Below are positions 12,483 through 25,367 of a DNA stretch of 64,000 nt, one piece after another. Within the stretch, counting starts at the first letter, position 1; each line of letters starts with the position of its first letter. The stretch comes from Chlorokybus atmophyticus. Lineage: Eukaryota > Plantae > Mesostigma and Chlorokybus algae. Made by a program: the position numbers and the translations under genes. The notes under the pieces were generated by a model. The model saw only the letters and a list, made by a program, of their open reading frames with translations, was not told the DNA's origin and searched no databases. Location of the stretch: positions 955,906-1,019,905 of the forward strand of contig RHPI01002048.1 of assembly GCA_009103225.1 (NCBI GenBank), given 5' to 3'.

Positions 12483-14451
12483 ATGGAGGCGGCCAGGGCG
12501 ACAGGCAATGCTGCCGTGGCGCGGGGGGACTATGCGGCGGCCGCCGCCGCCTACAGGAGAGCGCTGGAGGAGGGCGTTGGTGCCAGTGGTGTGGATAAGG
12601 CCGCCCTGCACTCCAACTTGTCGCTGGCGCTGCTGAGACTCGGGCGGGCGGCGGAGGTGCGTGCGTGCATGCTGTTCAGTTGCTGTTGCTGGTGGAAGAA
12701 CGGAGATTGATGTTGTTACACCGGCGTTTATGACACTCGAGTTGGCCAGTTGTCAAGCCTGAGGAGCAGGTTTTGTGCCGCTTGGATACGTGGTATCTTA
12801 TGCCACTTTGCGCAGGCACTCGCACACGCAGAGAAATGCACCCAGCTTCGGCCAGACTGGAGTAAGGTGTGGGCTGATGCGTTGAGTACCTGGCTCACAG
12901 GCGTTACCAGTTCAATTATCGGTTTAACAGCTCGCATGCATGGCATTGCACTACAACATGCAGAAGGTGTATTCCAACAGGGCCACTTTCGCAAAGGGGA
13001 AGCGCAGTTTGCGCAGAAGGATTATCGCGCAGCAAAAGCTTCATATGAGCGAGCAGCGGCCTTGGTATGTGCCGTTTTGGCTTGCGGTAAAAGCCAACAT
13101 CAAGCGCTGCGAGTGCGTTTGCAACACAATAGGATTGCCTGCAGTCCCCTGAGGATGCGCACCTTCGCAAACGCGTCGCTGATGCCAATGAAGCCGTAAG
13201 AGGTTTCTTCTTCCGGCAGGTACATATCAACACTACTTTCACTTTCGTAACCATCAGAATGCTGGTTGACAGCTGGGGCACACAATATAACAACGGGATG
13301 TTGTCTGTTTCAGCTAGTTCCTGGCCGTGACTTCTGTCTCCAACCAGGCAACATCATCGAGCAGCAGGTAATGGCAGGTCCTTGCCATGACATGTACTTT
13401 CATGTGCAGGAAAAAGACATGTACATAAAGCTGCTCGCTGTGTATCCAATGCAAGAACAGGTGTTTGGTGCAGCCAAGCAAATGAAGAACTTTGTGTACT
13501 TGGTGGGCGATGCAGCGACTCGAGAATGCATTGTGGTGGATGCGGCATGGGATGCAAAGGGCATACAAAAAGTTGTAGAGAACAGTGGCATGAAGCTTGT
13601 CGGAGCTGTTGTTACCCATTACCACTTTGACCATACTGGAGGCCGCCCTCCACCACCCTTTGATGCGTTGGGGATCGTAGTGGACGGTGTGCGTGAGTTT
13701 GCTGCAGCGGGGTTGCCGGTACGCACATGTATGCTGCCTGTTTGCACATGTGTGCACATCAGTCGTGTGATGCGTGTGCGGTTTGTTCATGCGCTGCTCA
13801 CTGTGGTCGGTTGTGCTTGGTGATTGAAGTTATTTCATAACAGGTGTACATCCACACAGATGATGCCGAAACTGTCGTCAGAAATAATGGCGTGACACGT
13901 GCGCAAATGCGAGTTCAGCGGGATGGAAGTGAGCTCCGTGTTGGCAACATCACTCTCAGGTGCGGTGCCCTCTAGCGCGGTGGCTGTGATTATGTGTGAA
14001 ACTCAAGCATGTTGACGTTCTGCCTTGCAGATTCATACACACTCCAGGACACACACCAGGCAGCCAGTGCGTATACATTGCACCTCGGGCTGGAGCTGAT
14101 ACCGGGCTGCTGCTGAGCGGGGACACCCTGTTTATCGGCAGTTGTGGGAGGTTGGATCTGCCTGACTGCAACCCGACAGCCATGTACATAAGCCTGCAGG
14201 AAAAGCTGGCAATACTTCCTGACGACACCGTTGTCTACCCAGGTGTGTGGTGGCGTGCATGGCGGCAGTGTTTTCATCACCTTGCATCTATCGTTGTGTT
14301 GTCGTCGGCGGTATGTGTTGACTCTGACGCAGTCGTTATCAAAATAGGACACGACTATGGCGGCAGCAGTACAACGATCAGAAAGGAGCGAGAGCGGGGG
14401 TACTTGAAACCTGTTTCCAAGACACAGTGGCAAGCAATGCACAAGCTATGA
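12483..14451 (+). CDS. TPR-domain (3 repeats) + metallo-beta-lactamase-fold (glyoxalase II-like) fusion protein
   Basis: TPR exons [13 protein letters not shown]...[10 protein letters not shown] / [17 protein letters not shown] / [15 protein letters not shown] splice in frame to NFVYLVGD...VVDAAWD...THYHFDH...HTPGHTPGS...[16 protein letters not shown]...YPG|HDYG. All MBL metal-ligand motifs are present. Stop TGA 14449-14451. Confidence 0.85.
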
Positions 14452-15885
14452 CCCCCCCCGCCCCACACACGCAAGCACGCACGCGCACCCACCCTTGCGC
14501 GCGCAATGAAAGGTCAGGCCTCCGCCAGTTCTGGCTGCATGGGCCACATACGACAACCGGACTAGTGACGGGATTTGAACTTGCACTAAAGCGAAAAGAC
14601 ATCACAGGATTGTTCTGTACATAGTTGTAACAACATCGCAAAACCTGCCATCTGAGGCAGTTTGCGTTGTGGCGCCTTTGTGCCAGTGGTAGTCAGCGGG
14701 TGGTTGATAGTTTGTACATGTGCGTGCGTGCATGGCTGTCAGTCTGGAGCTAGCGCGGTGTTCTGCCTGCCCCACATGTTGGGTCCTGCGCAATATTACA
14801 CTATCGACATGCTAATGGTTTAGCAACTCTGCGGTTGGTTACGCTAAGGTACAACTCGCACCACTGCGAGTGTACCCTTAGTATGTCAACCCACATGATG
14901 TGTTATATCCCGTGCACATTGTGTGTACACTGCAACATGTGTCGCGAGGCGCCATTACCTGGCCAGATCAATGTGCCAGACTACTCCAACCCAAGCTCTA
15001 ATGACAAGCTCATAGCTGAAGAGTGCAAAAGCATAAAGTAGCAAGGGGCTGGCTAGTGCTCTCAAAGAGGTCAATTGCGCAACAAAGCTGGTGCCTTTGC
15101 AGTGCATCTACACAGAGCATGAGCACAAGCCCTTGGACGTTGCCGTGCCTTCAGAAACTGTCCTCCTATCAGCTGTGAAGAAGAAACCTCCTTTGTGCGA
15201 GGGAGGGTGCTCCTGCCAGAAACTGTGTCAAATCTTCTATGGATGAGAATTGAATTTGACATCCAGTATATCCAGGACGGGTCTAGCGCAATAAGGCGGG
15301 GTTTGCCATGACAGGTCGGCGGCGGCGGTGGCGGCAGCGGCGGACGAGGAGAAGGAGCAACCCTCTGTGAATACTAACTGGCAACATGCTGAGCGCAACC
15401 GTCACATCAACACGACCGGCGGTGCTGAGGCTTCGCAAAGAGGAGTACTCTTCTGTCACATCGACAGCAACGCGTGCAAGCTGTAGGCGTTGTTCATTGC
15501 GCAATGTTAAAGAGCTCGCAGCAATCATCATCAGCAGCAGCATTCACAAGCGGACTTACCATGCAGCCCTGCGTGTCAATTGTTTGTCGCAACACGCAGC
15601 TGGCGTGGGCCACGCTGGCTAGGTGCTTGCGCTTACAGTGCTTGGCTTTGCTGCGCATGAGGATGATCTCTCTGAACGTGAGCGGTTAAAGCTTATGACC
15701 AATGAGCAAGGTGGTTGATAGCAAAGGCAGTCAAAGCGCTACTAAAGTCTGCCCACTGGGGTTGACAGCGCGCTCGTTCGACGACTACGGTAGTTGAGTT
15801 GAGTGCGCAGCCATGACCGACGCCAACGTTTGCCTCTGAGCCAGCTAGTGAGGCGAGCCCGCTTACACTCCGGCGAGTGCATCCA

Positions 15886-16571
15886 ATGGCAGTTGATGGC
15901 GGCAGCAGCAGCTACAGGTCAGCATGAACCAACATGATCAATCTGGACTGTTGCTGTAAGCAGTGCGTCTCAACCAGTTCTTCACTGCGTGGCATGTCGC
16001 CGATGATTGACCTTGTGTTGGTATGACCATAAACACCTGGTTGCGTGTTTCTCTTTTTGATGTGTGTCTGCAACAGGTGGTGGTGCGTGGTGTTGTGTTT
16101 GTTTGCTTCCATCGCAAGCAGCAGTTGCCATCAGCAATCGCTGCAGGACTTGATCGACGCTGCCATACAGAGCAAAGCCACGCGCGTGGTCATACCGCCA
16201 GGGGAGTATGCTGTCCAGGCGGATCTTGCCAAGGAAGCCCACGTGGTTGTGAGCAATGCCCATGACTTGGAGATCGTGGCTTACGGCGTCAACTTGACTT
16301 GCATCAACCAAACGCGTGCGATCGAGTTTGCACAGTAAGGCCTGGGCTTGCTGTGCAAACTCTTACAGCTTTGTGTCACTGATTGGTCATTGGTGTGATC
16401 AAGCTGGACCAGGCCGCAGCTGTTGTGAGTGCATGCTTGCCTTGCATGCTGTACATGCCATGCGGTGTATCAAGGCGCATGCAAACACCATGCACAAGTG
16501 CGAACAGCATGCAACATGCGGGCAATCATTGTCATTCAGTCGTTCACCACCGGGCTAGCCTATTCTATCTT

Positions 16572-16603
<32 letters not shown>

Positions 16604-19082
16604 ACTACCACTACCCCTTTAGAGATGCAAGCATGCATATAGTCCGCAAGTTACCTTCTTTGCAAACGCAGTGTGGTAAGAACTGCACATAGTATATAGG
16701 TGAGTATAAGGCTCTGCAGACCATGCACGTACTTCATTGTGACGGCCAGGTGTGGGTCAGCTTTTGTGGCATGCAGGTGCAGCAACGTTGTGGTGAGAGG
16801 GCTTACGCTAGACTACGCGCCTTCCGCCCTGCCTTTCACTCAAGGTGTGAACAGCTGCGTCATGTCCATGCATGGCGATGTTGTAGATCATGGGCCTCGG
16901 TCTCAATTTGTTGTTGACGAGTGTGATGCAGTCTCTGCAGCTGGCACATCAGGCTGTTGATCCCAAGCTAATGCCGTGTATATTTTGCGGCACGCACCGA
17001 CTATTGAATTGTAATGCTGATTGCATTCTGCTTAGGCACGGTTGCGACGGTAAGCAGGGACAGAAGCTATGTCGATGTGGAATTGCGCAACGGGTATCGC
17101 AAGACCGCCGACTTCCAGCGTATCGTGATTGTCAATCCGCGCACGCTGCAGACTCAGTATGGGTCTCCATACACGTGAGTTATGTCACAGTTGCTGTTCC
17201 AATCCACTAACATCTTGACACGCCCTTCAGACTTTGATGTCAGCATGCTTGGATTGCTCTAGACTTGAGATAAGTCTGACTGAGCACACACAGATTGGTG
17301 TTGAACGTGTGACAGGTGGGATTCATGGACGGAGGCTTTGCCCGATGGGAACTTGCGTGTTCACATGAAGGACATCGGGCTGACAGCTGTTGTTGGTAGC
17401 TACATTGCCTTCATTTCGTATGATGGCAGTGCCTTCGGTTCTCCGCACGCCATCAGTGTTTTTCAGGTAGCCCTTTGTCTACTGCGCGCTTGCATAAGAT
17501 GCCAGGGTGCCTGCACACGCGTGTGACACAGCATAGCACATTCATGCAGTGTGCAGGCGGAATGCAGTTTGAAGATGTCACCATCTACACAGCGCCCGGT
17601 GCCGCCTTTGTGGAGTCAGCTGGGCCTGGTGGCACGATCATCAGGCGCATGCAGATTGTGCCAGGACCAATGCTGCCTGGCGCAACAGTGCCGCGCTTGT
17701 TGTCGGCTGTGTGGGACGGATTGCTCCACATCTATACGCGTGTTGGCCCCACCGTTGAAGACAGCGTGATAGAGCGTTGCGGGGACGACACCTGGAGCGT
17801 TGCTTCGCTGGACCTGGTTGTGCTGGCAGTCACAGGGTGAGTTAAACAACGCCAAGAAGTAAGCTGGTGGTTGTACACACAACTTGGAACTCTGATCACG
17901 CCAATTCAATATGCAGTGTATGGCTTGTGCAGACAATCAGCGGACCGATTGGAATCTGGCGCGGCTTCAATGGTGATTGCCGCCCGCGACGTGACTGTCA
18001 ACTTGACAGTAGGAGATACTTTAACATTAGGGTTGGGACAGCCAGCTGCCAGCATAACGGCTATTGATGTTGTCCCCCTTGATGAGGCTGGAGTCAGCGG
18101 CACAGTGCTCGACCGCCTTGCCAATGTGCAGGTGTATGACTTCTGGAACCTGTACACAGAACATGGAGTGTTTGTTGTAGAGGTTACAAGCAGCGCAGGC
18201 TTTCAGGTCGGGAGCTCTGTGTACTGCCCCGAAAGACAAGGCAACGGTTTTGTCTTCCGCAACAACCGCATCAACAACGTCGGTCGAGTCGTAGCCAAGG
18301 GTGGTGGTCGCATAGAAAACAATGTAATCAGAGTTGGAGACATCATAGGTGCCTCTGACAACATACCCGAAGGTGCCTTTGGTGGCTATCAGCTCTCTAT
18401 AGTAGGCAATACGCTGGTTGAGAGTCGCTGTGTTTATCACGCTCCTTACAGCATACAGGTGGGTAGAGGAAGTGATGCTTGGGCAAGCCTGATTGAAACC
18501 TCTGCAGAGGGGCAATGTCAGCAACAATAATCACTGCAGGCTGGGGCAATTTCTGTGACTGGCGTGATACGCGATATTGGTGGAGAAGCTTCTGTCGCAT
18601 GGGATTCAGTCGAGATCGCCCGCAACACCATCATTGACGCATGCGGCGTCAATATCGTTGTCATTGCAGCGCACAACGTCTCCATCCAGGACAACCACTT
18701 CGTGCGGGTATCACTGTAATGCAGGCGTCCAGCATTGTTCTCAGTCGCTGCTTTCTCGTAGACACTAATCAAGCAGTCTGTGCAGGCGCAGTATGCTGTG
18801 CCAGACGCAACTGGCTTGGATTTCAATATCAGTCAGACGTCTGTCGTTTACATGGCGCAAAGCGACAATGTTACCTTGAGCAATAACATCATCGTTGATG
18901 CCTTGGGTCCTTACGGCTCTGCGCTTGTAGTCCTTAGCAATGACACTGGTAAGCTCAGCATTGCCAACATGCACTCGCTGCTGGGACCTGCACCAATGCT
19001 GAACTTGGTACTCTGCCAATGTCTTGACGTGCAGACGTTGCCAATGCAAACGAAGGTGTCCGCATTGCGCGGCTGGAGTTGA
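15886..19082 (+). CDS. Secreted right-handed parallel beta-helix glycoside hydrolase-like protein (GH110 alpha-galactosidase-like); 3' end uncertain
   Basis: Exon 1 (ATG 15886-15917) joins 16077 to give a signal-peptide-like WWCVVLCLFASIASSSC. It continues with VVIPPGEY, GLTLDY...LPFTQG (16777-16844), RLLSAVWDG...GPTVEDSVIERCGDD (17715-17789) and repeated NN(T/R)I beta-helix turns. Confidence 0.7.
16572..16603. repeat. (TAC)n microsatellite, about 10 units, intronic
   Basis: TACTACTACTAC... read directly. Confidence 0.95.
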
Positions 19083-20720
19083 GTGTGCCTGCCACCAGCC
19101 CGATCGCCAGTCCAGACGCCAATGAGACAGCCAGAACCAGTACAAACTTCAGCCTGCGAGCCCAAAGCGACCTTACCGTACTGTTTTGGTGCTTAATCCT
19201 GCTCACCGGCCTTGCTCTGTGAAAATGACTGCCGCTAGTAGATGTGTTCCTCGCACATTCTGTGACTTCTGCAGGCATCACGCACACTACAGTCTGTGTA
19301 TAAGCAACGTTCTGGATATTTGCAGTATATAACCAAATAAAGCCTCCGCTGCATGCAAGTAGCTCATTGGACAAAGTTGCATCTTCTGCCCCTGGCAGCA
19401 TCCTTTGCTACGGGTCTCCTGCCTTATTGTGGATATGTTGCAGTGCACGCGACCACACTGCAAGCATGTGGCCATGAATTGCGGGTGGGGACCAGTGCAA
19501 GGGGCAAAGCCCTCTCAACAGCTCTAGGAGTTATGTGTTGCCATAAATGGTGCCAACCGGTGACATAGCTATTGTCTGGTGGCTGCAATGTGGGTTATAA
19601 CAACTTCACAGTGGCGGTGGCATGCGCACTGGGAAGCGCGTTGTCAGCAAAACATTTATAGATGCTGTGTGCGACTGGTGCTGAACGTTTACATAGCCAT
19701 GTTCATGCAGACATGCTCGGTGCCGCACATATTAAGCAATAAGCTCCCGGGTGTTGCAGCAAAACACAGCTTTATGCAGCCTCAGCATGCAGCACATCGG
19801 CTAGCACATTGAGTTGAAGCAGCCAAGAGGTCAACCATTCGGCAAGCATGGCATGTACATGCCCCTCAATACTACGACATCCACTCACTATTACCTCACG
19901 CAGCCGACCTGTCTGTTTTTGATGCACAGGGCACACGGCTCTGCGCAAAGCAGCTACAAGGCGGCGGCAGGCACCTGCTGCCTAAAGATTCCGCTGAGCG
20001 CCCCTCACCTCGTTGACCCGCCGCCGCATGTCACCGACTTGAAGCTAGGGCACAGTAACTCACACGGCAAGGGTAGCTTAGCTTGCAAATAGATTCAGCT
20101 GAAGCTGCTTGCATGCGAAGCTGCTGTCAGCTTGCCAGTGTGAGGGCTTGCCGGTGGCGACTTGGAGGCGGTGGCGGAGAAGGCGGCGGCGGTAAATGTG
20201 GCGAACGCTGGTTGTCATAGTTAATGAGGTGGTGAGGCGCTTTTGTAAAAGCTGCGTGTGTCGCTCGTTGAGGGCAGGTGAATAACAGGGTGGGCTCGTC
20301 GTAACTGACGCGCCATGCAATCTGAGGCTCCGTAGCTAGAGTGCATGCACTGGCACTGATGTGCAAGCAATGAGCAGCAGGCTGCCGTTGAACAACGAGT
20401 GGCCTCAGTAGGGAGTTGCACGCTGTTATGCTGGTTAGGTTCAAGTACATTGCAACATGCATTGTACTAGTTCAACTAGTGAATTGTGTCGTAGTGCGGT
20501 CAGCAAGCCTTGTGTTAGCAATACTGTTTGTTTCAGCATGCTGTGCAAGCAGAGAAGATTAATAGACTAGACTATCACCAGTACATTCTGTGGTTAACAA
20601 AAGTTTTGTGTGTTGACCCTGTTGTCCTTCATTCGGCATGGTGGCAAATCCGTTGACTAAAGGTGTCATCGCCGCAGGTTTATGGTGTACTGCAGCGCAT
20701 AGTGATGTTGCTCTTCTGTA

Positions 20721-23700
20721 ATGCCGAGCTGGGTGTTGGAGCTGTTTCAGTCCATGTCAGGCTGCCTGCTGGCGCTGTTGCAGCGAAAAAAGAAGAAACG
20801 TAACTCCCCTTCAACGTCTCCTTCCCATGAGCTGGAACAACGTTTGGACTTGCTCGCTCAAGGAGATAAACGGCAGCAGCGATGCCGGCAGCAGAGAAGA
20901 CGGACATCACAGTTGGAACAGCTTGCAAGAGAGGACGACAGGCGCCGTCGGCAGCTGCGGCAGCGTGCAGAGCAGCTTTGGATGCGCCACCTGTTGACAC
21001 GCTGCTTTCTTGCCTGGCGCCAGACCAAACCATCAACTCACAGCGTGCTTGCCAGCGACGACTCAGTGTCTTCACCGCACTTTGGATTCAGCGAAACAGA
21101 CGCCAGCTTCCAACAAGACAACGGGGCATCGCATGTGCTTGTAGAGGAAGCTGTCGACTGGGAGCCACGGGTTGAGCATGCTGAGTCGCCTGCATCACAG
21201 CATAGCAGCCCTATCACAACTGTCGCCACTGAGGTGACGGTGCAAGTTGTTGCTCCATGGCTGACATGACGTTATGCTTATTATGCTTGCTTGTGTTGGT
21301 CATACACAACGGCAAAAACTAGTGTAGTGCTTACAACTTCAGCCGCAAACGCGCTGCGCTGACTGCAGCATGAAAATGCAACCCCACCGTGTAAGATGGG
21401 CAGTTTCATGGCTGGAGTGTCAGCAGGTGACACCTTTTGGTGGCTGTTCGGAGTCGAACGCACTGGCCCAAGTTATGGCGGTTGTTAGACAAATGCGGCA
21501 AAGCAAAATGCGTAGCCGCGTGCGAACACGAGGGCGAGAACGAGTCATGCATAGGGATCAACTAGTTCCACAAATGCTAGCGTTCTTCCAGAAACTCAAA
21601 GGTATGTCCTTGGCACTGCCAACCGGCATCATCCTCATAACACGTTAGCCACTGCTGAATAGTACTTCTAACGTGATAAGCATGGCAGGGTCTGCGACAT
21701 TCCACTCTTTATGCAGTGGTTATCTTGCAGCAGTGTCAAGTACTGACGTGACCTTATGCCTTGGTGCAGGCGACGATTTGCTGCAAACTGATGCATTCTG
21801 TTTCGCAAACGAGGCTGCAAGTGACCTTGGTGGCGTGTAAGCATCTGTTGCTCTTGGCTTACACGTGTATGCACGTGTTTATTGGGTGTTTATTGGGTGC
21901 ATAACCGTCACGCTCCGTGCGGATGCGTGCTTGCTCGACTAATTCAAGTACATTTGGTCATGGCTTTACTGATGCGTACTCATCAAACTTCGTCTGCTCA
22001 TGTCAGTGTCACGTAGGTCGGTAGAGCTGTTGACACAATTCATGATGAGCGCTCTGCACCCAGACACCGGCTTCATGTCTGCAAGTGACGAGTCAAGCGA
22101 GCTAGTTCTTCCAGCACGTGAAGGTAGGTGCTCAGTATGTCTCACACCGTACACAGCTTGTTGACAATGTGAGGCAACCAGTAAGGCGTCTGTTCTGAAG
22201 ATTCCATGAGCACCATAACCACAGGCTTCTGTGCAGAGCAGATGCGACCAAGTGGAGCGCTGTGCACTTCTTCTGCCTGGGAAAAATCATGGTGAAGTGT
22301 GTTGTAGAGCAGGTACGTAACTTACTAAGTTACGTGGATGCTACAACCAATACTTCAGGATGCAGTGGCATGCCATATTTCTTATTGTTATCTTTAGTCA
22401 CCATAGCGACATCTAGTATAGTAGCAGTGGTAGTTACAGGTCGTTGTGTGAATGGCAATAGTGTGACGTCACACTATTGCCACTCAGCCACCCACAGAAT
22501 CATGAGATGGGGTGGCAAGACTAGACTCGGCGACAGAATCGTGTCACGCTGGCAGCCATTGCTACCCATACTTGTATGCAGGTTCCAATACCTCGGGTCT
22601 TGGCGCCGTCCTTTTTCAAGTACCTTGTCGACGAGAGTATAACCATAGGTACCAAGCTACTTCGAACCCTACGTCGGCCCCTCTCGCCCTCCTCACACCA
22701 CAGCAACAACAGACCTGTGTGCTTGCACGTATTGCAGCATATATGAATATTCTCGCTTTTTAACAGTTTTTGCGGCACAGACGACCTTTGCACCTACGAT
22801 CGCGTCAAGGGACAATCGTGCAGGTGTGTTTTATCAGCTACCCAAGAGGTAATGCCTCGGTGTATTCGCTTATAAATCCTGGACTTGGATGTTTTGCTTC
22901 GCAAGCGGTATGTCGACATGATTTGCAAGTCCCAATACGCTACATGTCTCCGGGATACAGGAGCTTGAAGCGATGCAATTGGTGTTTGAAGGCAACTGGG
23001 GGCATCCACAAGGTACAGTCGCCGTCACTATGGATAATAGGGAGGCGTTTGTGGTGGCGTATACCATGCAGGAGCTTGTTGGCAGGTGCAATTGCTGCTT
23101 CTCGCAACATGGTTTCGTTGACTCGCACAGCATGCTCATGTGAGCATGCCGCTAACACTGATTGTCACGTCTGGCACTGACGGTGCTGACTGTCAGCCGT
23201 CGACCTCATCTGGAAGCAATGAAACGAGGGATGAGAGAGTTGCCTGCTCTTTTTGAAGCGCTCAGTGCACTCTCTGCTGTGGAGCTTCAGGCAAGTTTTA
23301 AGAAGTCCTTGACCTCTAACAGTCAAGTCCTTTGCGTTGTCACCATAAGTGCTAGACACATGTAAACATTGCAAAATGGTTGCTGCTCAACATGTGGAAT
23401 GCAGGAGTGCCTTTGTGGCGCTGGCTACATTGAAGCGTCAAAGCTGTTGCACAGCATGCACTTTGTCTCGGAGCTCCCCCTAGGAACATTGCAACAATTC
23501 ACAGCAGTAATGTCGTGCTCGTCTCTCCAAACTACCTGTTGTCGCATTTTATATGGTCTCCTAACAAGTTCACAGATGGTGCGCACAGAGTGGAGTCAAA
23601 AGGAGCTCAAGGAATTCTTGCAATTCACAACAGGGCTTTGCGCCGTGCCCATCCATGGATTGTGCAACCCTCAGGTATAAGTTGTACCGCTGGTGACTCA

Positions 23701-24137
23701 CATTACGGACACCAGCTACAATAACAACAACCTACCAAGTGGCTCCCTTGCCTCTGGCACACACGAGGCACCCTTTTGCTATCACTGTGTGCCCGACCTT
23801 GGTGTCTAACAGGCCACAGCTGACAATCGCATCAAGGTGATGGGCTGCGGTGCCTGCAGTGCGCGCACGTATCGCAGCAACGACAGCAGCAGTGAGCCTA
23901 AGACTGTCATCTGCAAGCACCTGCCAACAGCAAGCACCTGCTTGTGGATACTACGGCTTCCATACTGCGCAAGTCTACAGGCAAGCAGTTAACAGCCATG
24001 CCCTGCGCATCCCAAGTCCACATGCACCAATTCGCTTACTAGGGATGTCAATGGACGTACCGTATCTTTGACAGGAACTCAAACAGCGGTTTCAGATTGC
24101 TTTCTCGTGGGCATTGCAATCCTTGGGGGATCTGTGA
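20721..24137 (+). CDS. HECT-domain E3 ubiquitin ligase with a short coiled-coil N-terminus, multi-exon (two GC-AG introns)
   Basis: Spliced exons give HECT landmarks in order: FANEAASDLGGVSVELL; HFFCLGKIMVKCVVEQ|VPIPRVLAPSFFKYLVD; VTMDNREAFV; HLEAMKRG...SAVELQ|ECLCG; WSQKELKEFLQFTTG; HLPTASTCLWILRLP (catalytic Cys 23939-23941); ELKQRFQIAF...stop TGA 24135-24137. These exons are mostly too short to appear in the ORF track. Confidence 0.85.
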
Positions 24138-24350
24138 TCGAGCACTGCATAGAGGTTGTCAGGCAAATGGTTCAAGGTACAGCCTGGTTGATTAGTCTCC
24201 TTCACTGGTTTTGGTGGTGGTCTTAATTGTAACCATAGCATTCACCAAACATTACGTCACTGATGGTTGTGGCTAAGGAATGCTGGAAAGGCACGACGCG
24301 GGTGCGACACTTCTGTCATTTGTCTTGACAAGCTCTTGTGACCACTTGGA

Positions 24351-25367
24351 CTATGTTGGTTGCATTTGCATGTTACGCAGTGCAATGACCAACGAAACAC
24401 ATGTTGTTATGGAAGTCGCTACCAAATCAGGCTCAGCATATACGACCCTCCACGCGTGATTATTGAGATGAGCAGTCAGCACACATTGTCGGGTGTTTGT
24501 GGCGTGTGACGTGCCACCTGCTGGTGCACGGCAGTTCTAACTGAGGGCTGGACCACGATGGGATGTTGTAGCACACTTCTTTCGACATGCTGCTCAGCAA
24601 TCCTTGTTGAGGGCTTGACCATCATCATGATGGTCAAGCCCATCAGGATGATGGGTGTTTGCGACGTATGGTATGGCAGTTGCTGGTCAACAGCAGTTCC
24701 AACCGAGGGCTGAATCATCATGTGCACGTGTAAGTTGTGGCAGACCAAATGCGACATGCTGGTAACCAGAAGGTACAACTCGTTGACCGCTGGCTGCATG
24801 ACCTTGACAGAGGAAACGGGTCATAGTGTCGTCTGCTTTTACTTGGCAACAGCTGTTGCCAAATGAACACACCATCTTTCAGCCGCTGACAGTGTTATGG
24901 CAGGAGAGTATGAATCGGGCACAATGTTCAGTATCAGTGTTGTCATCGTTATTGCTATTAGCATCAACATCATTAAACAACTTACCAGCACTGTTGGAAG
25001 TAGTTTGTAGATGTGAAGAGCGTGAGCCTTCATTTCCCGTTAATGTGGCAGCATTGCGTGCTCCATACACGATTGCCTCGACGTTCTTTTGCACATAGTG
25101 ATGTAACACTTGCATTTTGCCCAGTACACAACGTGATCGCCAACACTGATATGCACCCTCGTATCTTGGCAGCAGCAGCGAGTTGTGCGATTGTGGCATC
25201 GTCAGCGAGGCTCGGGGTATAGCAGGAGGTGCAACCGCACGCCTAGAACAGCATTGGCAGCATTTGTTGTGCACGCACCATGCCAGTGAGTCACTGACAA
25301 TGACACTACCTGGGTAGCGTGCAACAATAAGTAGGATACATGTGGATGTGTGTTTAATGCTCTTCAT
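24351..25367 (-). pseudogene. Possible decayed reading frame of unknown origin
   Basis: One frame runs about 339 codons with only four internal stops (TGA 24879, TGA 24687, TGA 24594, TAG 24537) and contains an imperfect internal repeat (ALGWNC / ALS*NC). No family recognised. Confidence 0.2.

Noticed and set aside
14560-14600. GTTCAAATCCC (B-box/T-loop-like) on the minus strand
   Set aside because: The flanks do not pair into a T-stem and I found no cloverleaf or A-box, so it is not called as a tRNA or SINE.
14460-15700. Possible small gene between the TPR-MBL and GH110-like genes (GC-rich patch at 15310-15360; imperfect hairpin at 14846-14881)
   Set aside because: No frame gave a convincing ATG, splice chain or known motif.
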